DNA of 53,043 nucleotides, filler included, from Squatina squatina (lineage: Eukaryota), in assembly GCA_031763465.1 (NCBI GenBank). It is 3 parts of 2 records of this genome, joined end to end, with 100 filler letters (N's around TTAATTAATTAA, not from the genome) between each part and the next. Parts side by side here need not be neighbours in the genome. Positions count along the whole stretch, not along the records: positions 19,054 to 35,456 come from JARFOE010000038.1; 2 more parts are not named here. The stretch is one strand, 5' to 3'. Of the stretch, positions 23,476 to 34,196 are shown piece after piece. Every line of letters starts with the position of its first letter. The first letter of the stretch is position 1. The notes under the pieces were generated by a model. It searched no databases, had not been told where the DNA came from, and saw only the letters and a list, made by a program, of their open reading frames with translations. The translations under genes were made by a program, and so were the position numbers.

Positions 23476-24053
23476 CATCCCCAGCGCTGAGCTTTGCGAT
23501 ATTTTTGCAAAGTTTTCTGCTGGGGATCTCTTGAAATTTCTTACGCTTGTTAAAACTAGCGTATCTGCTTGGTTTTAACATCGTAAGAAAAGTTTTAAAA
23601 ATTTAATTCAAAAAGATTACTGGGACATTATTTTAAAATCATTGCCAGTAAGGTAAGTGTGTTTTTAAACTTTTTTAATTTTTTTTTTTAATTTCAAAAA
23701 AGTGTTATTTATCTCCTTTTTATTAAATTTTAACATTAAAATAGCTTTAAAATGTTTTGTGATGTGTTTGTGTTGTTTTTCATCTTTCAATGAAGTTTTG
23801 ACAGTTCTTAACAGATAGCTGAGAACTGTCAAAACTTCATTGAAAGATACACCTACCTGATTGGCTGGGGCCTCCCATTTGACCTCTCCAGCCTCTGCAG
23901 TTTGACTTGCCCAGGAACGAAGAGAGCCCCGCTCCGAATCTCCAGCTCGGGGGGGGGGCTGAAGATCGCAAACTCTCATGGATCCAGGACCCTTAGGTAA
24001 GTACATAATTTTTTTTGCGATTGGAGGCACCCGCACGCAGGAATTTCAGGCCC
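23476..24053 (-). mobile_element. Non-autonomous Harbinger-like element end (TIR GGGCCTGAAATTC) containing a perfect 27-bp inverted repeat
   Basis: gaatttcaggccc at 24041-24053 is the reverse complement of the motif at 41476 except for the last base; inverted repeat at 23782-23848. Confidence 0.55.
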
Positions 24054-25293
24054 AATGATTCAAAGCTCAGCACTTTCTCTCCAACAACAGGCAGACACAA
24101 ACAAACTCAAACAAGTAAACTCAAACAAACAAATACACTTGCATAACGTTCAAGACAAGACCACAAAGGGTTAACGACTTCCAGCTTTGTGAACAAAAGT
24201 GGGTGGAGTTATAACAGACAGCTTTTTCAAGACAAACTTTCAAACAACACAATTGTTTTAACCATTCATACAGACTTTGAGAAACGACACTAACATTCAC
24301 TAATATTTCTCAAAACTTTCTTGTTCTTATCCACTAGAAGTCCGGTGAGTGACCCTCAGGTCCCCACTCTAGATCTCTACCAGCAATGACTTAAAGTCGC
24401 TCCTACCACAATTCTCTGCGGGAACGGATTTACCCTGTCCCCCAGCTTTTCTGTTCCTCGGGGGTTCCCTCTTTCTGCATCCTTTTACTTTGTTTTTCCT
24501 TATATTCTGCTATGAACATTGTAATGGAACCCCAGGTCCACAATTGAGGTCCATGTTCCCCTGCTTCTCTTTCTTATCTCATGAAAACATTTCAATTACA
24601 CAATTACGTCACCCAGCTCGGTCCCACCTAACCAGTGCAACTTCCAAGGGTCCTGGCTCTACATGGTTCCTCCTGCCCGTGCGGTTCACCTGTGCAGCTC
24701 TGCCCCTCTCTTGGCTCTCTCGGTTGTCTCAAACTCCACGGTCACCAGGGGGCCTACCTCTGTGGGTTCCGCCTCCTTACCCTCGCGCTTTCGTTTTCCT
24801 GTCCTGAATCCTCCATTCAGGCTCTTTGGATACTTGAGCAGACCTTGCTCGGGTCGGTTGCTGCTCTAACTAAGGGTGGTAAATAAACATACTCACTCAA
24901 CTTGCAGCACCGCTCCGATGGTCCGTGACTAGCATCCCATCCTCGTCGCCAACTGTTATCGCCTAACTTCAGAAACCACTCAGAGACTCAGTACAGGCAA
25001 TGACCATTTTATTCAAGCGAGTCACAGGGAGAGGTGCTCTTGGAATCAACCAAGAACCACACTCTGAAGAAAACACATTAGCTTACAACTTTTATACACC
25101 TTAAGTCACGTACACAAATTCCAGTCTTGTCACTTTACAATCTAAGGGTAAACAGACTCACATCCCAACCCCAGCATGATGTTTATGACCCATTAGTTCC
25201 TGTTATCTGTTAGTGGTATGCGACTTCTTATCCCAAGGCTTGTCTTGCTTCTCTTATTGATGACTTCTGACCTCGAGCTTCAGATTGTTCACA
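24054..25293 (-). mobile_element. LTR retroelement 5' end (ERV-like): LTR ~25293-24954, PBS, leader
   Basis: Minus-strand order: TG start (~25293, tentative), TATAAA 25096-25091, AATAAA 25013-25008, ...ATAACA end at 24954, PBS 2 nt later, GTGAGT donor 24896-24891, GU-rich tract near 24090-24140. Confidence 0.8.
24934..24951 (-). promoter_or_regulatory. Primer binding site complementary to tRNA-Ser(GCT) 3' end
   Basis: Plus strand ATCCCATCCTCGTCGCCA equals the last 18 nt (with CCA) of vertebrate tRNA-Ser(GCT) as I recall it. Confidence 0.88.
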
Positions 25294-26476
25294 TTTGATG
25301 AAAACAGAGAACTGCCTTAATTAATGGCTTTGTCCTTTGTGTTGCTATCGGGCAGTGGCCGCGACTGCTGTGTGAGAGAAACACAAATGAACAGTAATAT
25401 TACGTGATGGAGAAGTTAATGACTCCTGATACCCTGTTAGGGCCACTGATTGCTTTGAACGAGAAAGGCAAGTTGTTGTTACTCCTGATGAAGGTTGATT
25501 ATGAGGAGCAGCAAATTCCAGTAAATATTTCTGGGCAGATTCCGCAGACTGCAATTGCGCTGCAGCTGGCAAATCTGTTGCTGTGTAACTGCTGTAATTA
25601 TAGACGATGAACTCACCCCGTCTCACGGTCCTTACAACAAAAGCTACCAGGCTGCAGAACTATGCCGAAAGTCCTTTTATGATCACTAGGGGCTTCCTAC
25701 CGGCCTGGGAGCAATGAATTCTTTTTATTTTTGGTAACAGGAAGTTTCAGAGGACTTCTCTCCTGGTAGCAGTCCATTTACAGAAAGAAAAAACTTGCTG
25801 TTTTTCAAATTGGCGCAGGGCAAATGCCTCGGACTTGTCAGAGCTCAGTGAGAGGATTTGCTCTTCCTGACTTTGTAGCTCTGTGTCCTTTTGGTCACTT
25901 GGATAATCAAGCGAAGGGCACATGACAGAAGGGAAACCTTCAGCAGGTTTCCCGGCGCGGATAACTTGTCACTGTAATTCCACCAGAGTAGCAGCTTTCC
26001 AGCCTGGAGCGGCTGGTGGGAAGAGGCAGACGTTCCTTCTGATTACTTCAAAAAGAATGCATTTGCATTTACTTAGTGTCTCTCATGACCTCAGCACATC
26101 CCAAAGCACCAGTACTGGGATAGAGGTGGGCTGTTCCGCTGGGACCAGTGTCCTGGCGAATCGAATAACTAGGAAAGTAGAGAAGGTTTTAAACTAAATT
26201 CTGGGGGGCAGGGTTCAGCAGAAGTGAGCAGAAAAGTGGCAGGAGATAAGGTTGAAGCAGAAATGCAAGGCAGCTATTTGGGTAATGAGATCCAGAGTGT
26301 GACAGGAAGGGACAGCGTGTATGAGCATAAAAGAGTAACAGCAAACAGGACCATTGTAAGGAAAGGCATTAAAAAGNNNNNNNNNNNNNNNNNNNNNNNN
26401 NNNNNNNNNNNNNNNNNNNNNNNNNNNNNNNNNNNNNNNNNNNNNNNNNNNNNNNNNNNNNNNNNNNNNNNNNNNN

Positions 26477-26562
26477 TACTGCACTGGAGTGTCAGCCTCG
26501 ATTGTTGTGCTGGGGTCTCGGCAGTGGGCATAGAACCCACGACCTTCTGACTCCGAGATGAG
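26477..26562 (-). mobile_element. SacSINE1-like SINE tRNA-derived head
   Basis: Reverse complement reads tctcggagtcagaaggtcgtgggttc...gctgacactccagtgcagta; a plus-strand head also occurs at 29549-29600. Confidence 0.7.
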
Positions 26563-28768
26563 CGTAGGGACCCCTTCCAGGATGCTGACTGTCCGCTGGG
26601 GCGCAAGCTCCAAGGTCTGTTGGTGAGATTCAATGGTTGCAACCTGCTGTGGGTGTCTGTGGGCAGAGGCCTCTCAGTTCATATGGTATAATTTACTGGC
26701 TGCAATTCGTTGTAGGATCTTTGAGGCAGAACCTTCTCAGCTCTGATGGTGGGATTCAATGGCCCCAGGTTGCTAAAGGTCCCGCAAGTAGGAGCCTCTC
26801 ACTTCTATGCAGGTAAATAATTTTCAGTCATGTTAGCGAATGTGAGAATGGGACCGAGAGGGAGGCGGTCACACTGGGGCCTTCCATTAAAATGGCACTA
26901 TTTTTTTTTCTATTGCAACACAGGGTAACATTATCTTGCACCGCCCTGAGAAACAAGATGAAGATAGTATTGAATAAAAAAAAGCCCCTTTCAGCTGAAA
27001 GTAACTCATGTTTTCAATGCGATTCTGAAAGACATTCTGAAAGAAAACAAAGAAGAAAGCCATTTTGAAAGGGTGTTGGAGTCCCCGAGGGCTGTTCTGA
27101 GAATCAAAGGCAGCCTTGCTACTGTGTGCTTCTATGAGGGGGTTTGTTCAGCTGTGGGGTCAAGAGGTTATAGCAGAATGGTGCTGTGGCCTTCACACAA
27201 GCGAACTTCAAGGACAGAATCATTTATGGTTCTCAAATCTCACCATTTTTTTTAAACTTCCACTGTAAGGCACTTATTTTCATGCAATCTTTGGTTATGA
27301 AAGCTGACTTTGCCTGAATGTTTTCTGCCTTCCTCCTTCCTCTTCCTGTTTAAGCTCCCTGAATAACTGCCTTACTTTCCTTCTATTTACCTTGTTTGCA
27401 TGTTGCTTCAATTCCCATTCTTTTTCTCCAAGAATTTTTTTCTTTGCCTTTTTCTTTTAAAAAACTTCTTTCTCTTCGCTCTTCAAAAATTCATCAGCAC
27501 GTTCCCACTCCTTCCCACCGCTCTTTTCTTCCACCTTTTCTTCACATGCCATTCTTTTTGCTTAATCAAAAAAATTCTGTTCCATTCTGCATTCCCCTTC
27601 TTTATCATCATCGGTGGATATGGCACGCTGAAGATCCTCATCCAGTGCATACTGCTAACTTAAGCAGCTCTGCCTGCCCGTGTCTCAGAGTCAAGATGCA
27701 CAGACTTGTGTATTTTGGCAGTAGCTCTGTGCTTCTCCTGGAAGACTCGCCCACCCCCCTGCCACTGCTATTCAGTGTGCTATGAACAGACATGACAGGT
27801 TCTTTATCACAATCCCAGGAGAGACGACACAAATCAACACACTGCTCCCCAACTGACCCGGCGAACGCAGAAAAAAACTGGACGAATAATCAATCATTTC
27901 CTTTTTGGAATTTTTTTCCCGAAAACCTAATTGATTTTTTTTTGCTCTTGCTGGTTTAATAACCAGCAGGTCTGGAGGTCTTGCACATGAAGGGACCGCT
28001 TTCAAGGCTAACACAAAAAGCTTCCACTCCCTTCCGATGGGCCCACTCGCTAGCACAAGGTGGTGTGGAGCCCACGGCCTAAGAGATGTCAAGCACCGAG
28101 TTGGGGTCATTAGGATGCTTTGGGGTGGGCAGACTGGGTAGTCAACCCACCATTCTCCCACTGGAAGGCAGAACAGCATGCACTAGTTTATTCATTCGGT
28201 GAAAAAATGNNNNNNNNNNNNNNNNNNNNNNNNNNNNNNNNNNNNNNNNNNNNNNNNNNNNNNNNNNNNNNNNNNNNNNNNNNNNNNNNNNNNNNNNNNN
28301 NNNNNNNNNCATTTGTGGGTACTTGGCAATTTTTATTGGGCACGGCTACTATGGACAGAATAGGTCACAGTTAACAGTGAGGCATGGAAACATTTCCACT
28401 CATAAAAGGTGACTATAATCCAAGATCGTCACAGGGTAGCAATGTGGGCTTCATGTCCCGTTCCCATGTATTTGAGATGCCTGAGTAAATTGCGAACTTC
28501 ATCCATCGTTTCATTGTGATCATGGGTTTGAGACTCAGTGTGGCCCAATGCTCCAATCCAGTGACTACTCAAGTTGCCTTTTTGTCAGTCATGCCTCGTG
28601 CAACAGTGGTATACATCAATTCAGTTGTTGAGAGACGCCGCACAGAACCAAGAACCCACGAGAGGAAATGCAGAAAAAATAAGTAAGATCAAAGTACATG
28701 TGCAGGAGGTTGGAAAGATGTAAAGTACTCTTTGCAGAAATCAAAATGGAGACATTAAATTGATGATG

Positions 28769-28830
28769 TCAGAGCACAATAGAGAAAGCGTGCAACTTCA
28801 GAGCACAATAGAGAAAGCGTGCAACTTCAG
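28769..28830. repeat. Perfect tandem duplication of a 29-bp unit (tcagagcacaatagagaaagcgtgcaact x2.1)
   Basis: Read directly. Confidence 0.95.
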
Positions 28831-30680
28831 CGCACAGAGCTCACTGACCCTGTCTGCAGCCGGGTCCTGGGAGACCGATAATGGACTGAATAAAGTTGAA
28901 AGGAAATTATAGCAAAACTGTTTCCTTCCTGTCGAACCCCCCCTGCTGCAATAATCAAAAAGGAATTTCTGTCTCAATATTGCCAGCCTTACAACTGTGA
29001 TTACAAGGCATTCCCCTTCTAAAGTTGCTTCCTCCCAAAGGACCGAATCACTTCATTAGTGGTTTTAACAGAAGCTCATGCATTGATATGCAGAGCATGT
29101 CTATTAGCAATTTCATATCTGTCGCATCAAGTGTAGCTGTGTCTGAGTTTTGATTCTGTGCTGGTGTGGCACAGGGTGTTTTGTGCCAGTGTTGTCCATG
29201 TTAATGGCCTACCTCATTGCTATAAGGTGCTAGGCCGCAGATTGGCAAGATGCTGGTTTGCGTAACAGGTGAGTTCCTGATCTCAGCTATATTGCCAGAT
29301 AGCAGGCAGGCAGGCCTGAGCGATTGGCCACATTGAGTGTGGAAAGTTAAAGCGAGGCGCAGTAACCGAAAGCACATCCCTAGCAACCAGCTAATCTGCT
29401 GATACCTGGGAACAGTGCAGCTGATATTGGGCGGAACATTCAACTGCGATGGGGACAAATGGGCGATATTAGATCAGTCAGCCATTATACATGCCGCCAA
29501 GTTTTCCTATCCATTGAACATCTCATTATTGAGAACATTATTGAGTGTCAGCCATGGCTCAGTGAGTAGCACTCGTGCCTCCGAGTCAGAAGGTCGTGGA
29601 TTATCTGTCCCTTGTCNNNNNNNNNNNNNNNNNNNNNNNNNNNNNNNNNNNNNNNNNNNNNNNNNNNNNNNNNNNNNNNNNNNNNNNNNNNNNNNNNNNN
29701 NNNNNNNNNNNNNNNNTTCCCTCTGTTGGCCCCCCTCAGAGGCGCTAACAGGGCGAAAACAGAACTGAATTTCACGCTCCTATTGTTTTCTGTCTCACTC
29801 ATCAGGCTGTACAATTGTAGCAGGTAGGCTCTCTACGCGAATGGGCTTTTATAAAAATATCACTCAACAATCTCCAAACAAAATTTGATGCAGTAATTGT
29901 GGAAAACCCTTACTTATCTGCCATGATCTCGAAAATTACTAATGTAGCTGTTCTGTCAGCATCAGTGTCTTTACAGACTGGACTCTGGTAACAAGGAATC
30001 TCTGGCCGCAAGCCAAGAGCTCCAAATAACACATGGCTCTGAAGGGAAACATCTCAGATAACCATGCTATTCCCTTGAGAAATGCGGGACATTGTAGCGC
30101 ACAAAGGGAACTCCTGATGCACAATCTTTAATTGCTGCCTGCTGATAATGCGCAGTATTCATGACTGCGTTGCTGTTTGCCACCCTTTTAAAGTAAACTC
30201 CATGCAGCCCAACATCACTACCAGCTTCAAGCATATCAAAAGGTTTTTGACTGAGATGTCAAAGCTTGGTCTTGATGAGATAAGGGAACGAAGATGTAGG
30301 AACCAAATAAAAAGTATCTCGAATAATGGATGGTAAATACGATATACATATATATAGGTCAAAAGATGGGACAGTCAGGAAATTCGAAACCTTTTCATAG
30401 GAAATAAGCTAACCAACAAAAAGTGAGGGCACTACAATAAGGTTTAATATTCCCAGTTAATGCTCTTCCCGATTGTTATGTGGGCCTCCCATTATGGACT
30501 GCGCAGCANNNNNNNNNNNNNNNNNNNNNNNNNNNNNNNNNNNNNNNNNNNNNNNNNNNNNNNNNNNNNNNNNNNNNNNNNNNNNNNNNNNNNNNNNNNN
30601 NNNNNNNNGGCCTACTCCTGCTCCTATTTCTTATGTTCTTATGTTCTTAAAGGAGGATAGAGAGGTGGAGAGGTAGAGAT

Positions 30681-30990
30681 GTTTCAGAAGGGAATGTTAC
30701 AGTAGTTGTCCGGATACGGCCCCAGAATCAACGAGAGCAGGACAGCAATAACCATACAGTTGCACAAGTAGTAGACGAAAATGTTCTGGTCTTTGACCCA
30801 AAAGAAGACCTCAACGATGATGTGTTTTCTGAAGCTAAGTTCAGAGACCGAGAAATGCCACGTCGGAAAAAGAAGGACCTGAAGTTTGTGTTTGACAGAG
30901 TTTTTAACGAAACCTCGACACAGCAAGAGGTGTTTGAGTTCACAACGAAACATATTTTGGAAGGTGTTTTGAATGGATACAATTGCTCAG
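30681..30990 (+). CDS. KIF18B: Kinesin-8 (KIF18B-like) first motor-domain exon (VSEGNVTVVVRIRPQ...KDLKFVFDRVFNETSTQQEVFEFTTKHILEGVLNGYNCS); 5' boundary uncertain
   Basis: VVVRxRP, FVFDRVF, LNGYNCS kinesin-8 motifs and a CAG|gtagga donor. FDRVF and YNCS favour KIF18B over KIF18A, but the paralogue call is tentative. No in-frame ATG. Confidence 0.75.
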
Positions 30991-32791
30991 GTAGGAGTTA
31001 AGGCTACGTATACAGATTGAAAACATAGAGTCAATGTAGTTCAAGCCCAGATGTAAATCTATACTTGTACTTGGAGTGAATCCATACAGCTCCCTTGAGC
31101 TAGCCTTCTGTAATCTCTTTCAATTACTGGACTGATGCCCATGTGTACAGCGCTGGAGGCACCATTTTTGATGTAGGCAATTTGCGAAGGTGTTTGTTCA
31201 ATGACTATGTATCTATTTGCTGTGCTGTAAACACAGTTGTCTTCATGTATTGCTTTTACCATAGCCTTGGTGCGAGGGAGGGAAACCAATGACTAGATTA
31301 TTTAGGTCGGCACTGCAGCCATGTTGTAAGAGATAAAGACATGACATTGTAGTATGTCATTTTAATTCCGATCATAACTGCCTCTTCTAGGCACTACTTT
31401 GTAAACTTTTCTTGTCCCTTAAGATTGTATACTGCAAACTGTGATGTGATGCGGGGTAGTGTGGGTGAATTCAAACTATTTATTGTTGTTTACAAAAGGC
31501 TTGCAGTTCATCCTGTTGGTGAACCAGGACCATTTACCTCAGGGTGGGAAAATTAAGTAGAATACTGAAGGCACAAAATGTGATGCCGAATTTAAGGAAC
31601 ACTGCTTTACCTCCTGGAAATGGTTGTAATTTGGCATGTTTATTTCTGTTGCATTTTTCTTGCATTCTGATGCAAGTTGTTGTTTCCTAGATTTTCCATT
31701 AGTTTCCTTCTTTTGTCTTTCTGGCTTTTCCCTTTTCCCCACACCTCAGTGTTCTCTTTCCTTTCCAGCAACAAGACACTCGCTTATCTTGTGGTTCTTC
31801 CATGAAACCTGGCAGCCCTCCCGAACACCATCCCTGAACTCAGTGGCTGTTCCTCAATTTAAATTTTAATTGGTCAGTGTTGGTAGGTGATTCTACTTTG
31901 AGTCATCATAGTGGAGTCCAATACTGTTTTTATTTCCCACCCTCTTTGCTTTCATCTTCATTTTTCTCTTTTCCCACTTTCCTCTGCCTCTGTTGCTCTG
32001 CTTAGTTTGCTGAGATTGGGAAATTGCTGGTGCGTAAAAAAATTTTCCTGTCATTTGCAGATTGTGTTACTGAATTAATGCCCTTTGCAGCCANNNNNNN
32101 NNNNNNNNNNNNNNNNNNNNNNNNNNNNNNNNNNNNNNNNNNNNNNNNNNNNNNNNNNNNNNNNNNNNNNNNNNNNNNNNNNNNNNNNNNNNNGAAAAGG
32201 GAGTTAAAGGAGCTGGAGATGGATCTCCTGCTCAAGATGAGTTTGGAGAGGGCATGATTGCAGATAGAAGATGAGCTATAGAGGGATACAGGCAAAGCAC
32301 TGTGTCAAATTTAACCATAAACAGCACCATATGAGCGAGCCTGTGTGCATGCTTTCTGAAATGAATACTGGTGGGAAAAATGGGAAGCGGTGGGGGGAAG
32401 TGTGCAAAACCTTGAATACTTCAGCCTGTAGAAGTGTTGGAGGTTTTTCCCGCTTCCCATCATTCTGGGACATTGACAGTTTATTAACATATCTCTGCCT
32501 GAGGCATAAAAGGGTAGTGACTTGGCATCAAAGTTACTTCCTCATAGAATACTCTAAAAGCGAGTACCAGTATTTGTCACCCGTGACTGAGAGAGAGGAG
32601 GAAGAGTGTTCTGCATGATCCAGCAATGTTAAGTTTTTGGACCTGAACTATATCCCAACAAGCCATAACACACTAGAATTCAGGTCTGATCACTGATAAT
32701 CAGCGTGTGTACCCTTTCACAAGAATAATGGTCTGCTGAATTAAAAAGTTGTCGTCTTAAAGACTCTCTTCTGTTTTGTTCTGTCCTACAG

Positions 32792-32902
32792 CCCAAATCT
32801 GCCAAAGAGCTTTTAGAGATGTTAGCAAATGGAAACCTGAACAGGACCCAGCATCCAACTGATGCCAACGCCTCATCCTCACGATCCCATGCTGTATTTC
32901 AG
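32792..32902 (+). CDS. KIF18B: Kinesin-8 exon with switch I ([37 protein letters not shown])
   Basis: Strong polypyrimidine tract then cctacag acceptor, gttaaa donor, 111 nt; SSRSH motif. Confidence 0.8.
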
Positions 32903-33404
32903 GTTAAAACAAATTGAGACCAAACTGTCAGAAGGAATATAATTTTTTGATTGAAATACTTCCAAGTTGCATGTCATCCACCGAACCCCTAAGGATCTCT
33001 TTTGTATGAGTACACCTGGAATTGGGCACTTGATTCATCTCATTTATCAGTTGTAAATGATTCCAATTTATTTCATCAACAGCATTCGCACCTCACGAAT
33101 TGCTGCCCAATAGCACTTGAGCACGATTGGTCTGGGGTGTCCTGTGCTCCAACCTGCTACACCGCACAGTGGTGTGCTGCAAGTATGTACAACAGTTTTC
33201 TGTGTAGAGTTCCACATTGGTGCAATGTGGTCACAGGGAGGCATCAACCAAAATCTAAGTGCTTCCCAAATGCCTGGAAAGGCAGGCAGTCTTGCTCTGC
33301 CTGCTCTTGTATACTAAACAGGAAGCTCAAATGGTAATGCCAGGACCCAGTGAATGGTACATGGGAGAGGGCAGGGAGTCTTTGAGCCAAGAAAATTACT
33401 TTTT

Positions 33405-33777
33405 TTAATTTGCTCACGGGCTGTGGGTGTCACTGGCAAGGCAAGCATTTATTGCCCATCCCTAATTGCCCTCGAGTGGCTTGCTAGGCCAGTTCAGAGG
33501 GCAGTTAAGAGTTAACCACACTGCTGTGGGTCTGGAGTCACATACAGGTCAGACGAGGTAAGGACGGCAGATTTCCTTCCCTAAAGGATGTTAATGAACC
33601 GATGGGTTTTTACGACCATGGTCACCATTACTGATACTAGCCTTTATTCCAGATTTATTTAATTGAATTTAAATTCCCCAGCTGCCGTGGTGAGATTTGC
33701 ACTCATGTCTCCAGATCACTAGTCCACACCTCTGGATTACCGATCCAGTAACATAACTACTATGCTACCGCACCCTG
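33405..33777 (-). mobile_element. tRNA-head SINE with a LINE-derived tail
   Basis: Head near 33777 (ggtagcatagtagttatgttactggatc on the minus strand); tail ...ccttgccagtgacacccacagcccgtgagc resembles the LINE tail at ~40560-40645. Confidence 0.7.
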
Positions 33778-33998
33778 GTAAATGAGATATAGTGGTAACC
33801 TTAAAACAAATGATTAGTCTTAATAAGGAATAGTTAACTATTTTAGTGCATTGTGTTATGAAGAAGCAGGTCGAAGAACTGATGGTGTTTATCATGACTG
33901 ACAGAGAAACTGAATGTGCATGAGAAGCAGGTACTGAGATTATTTTATTGGGCTTCCTTATTTCATATAATTGATGACATTTCTTTTTCACAAAATAG

Positions 33999-34196
33999 GT
34001 CTATGTGAAACAACAAGATCGTATTGCAAGCATCAGCAAGAATTTGCGGGTGGCTAAGATGTGCTTGATTGACTTGGCTGGATCAGAACGTGCCACTGCA
34101 ACCAAGGCCCAGGGAGCACGGTTTAGGGAGGGGGCAAACATAAACCGCTCACTGCTTGCATTAGGAAACGTAATTAATGCACTGGCAGACAACAAG
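33999..34196 (+). CDS. KIF18B: Kinesin-8 exon with switch II ([66 protein letters not shown])
   Basis: aaatag acceptor, gtacaa donor, 198 nt; LIDLAGSER and NINRSLLAL motifs; in frame with the previous exon. Confidence 0.8.

Noticed and set aside
24934-24951. tRNA-Ser gene
   Set aside because: Only the 3' 18 nt including CCA are present, next to an LTR end; this is a PBS. SINE heads are likewise tRNA-derived, not tRNA genes.
28615-28690. INSVVERRRTEPRTHERKCRK as a Myb/SANT-like Harbinger ORF2 remnant
   Set aside because: Similarity too short and lacks the conserved tryptophans.
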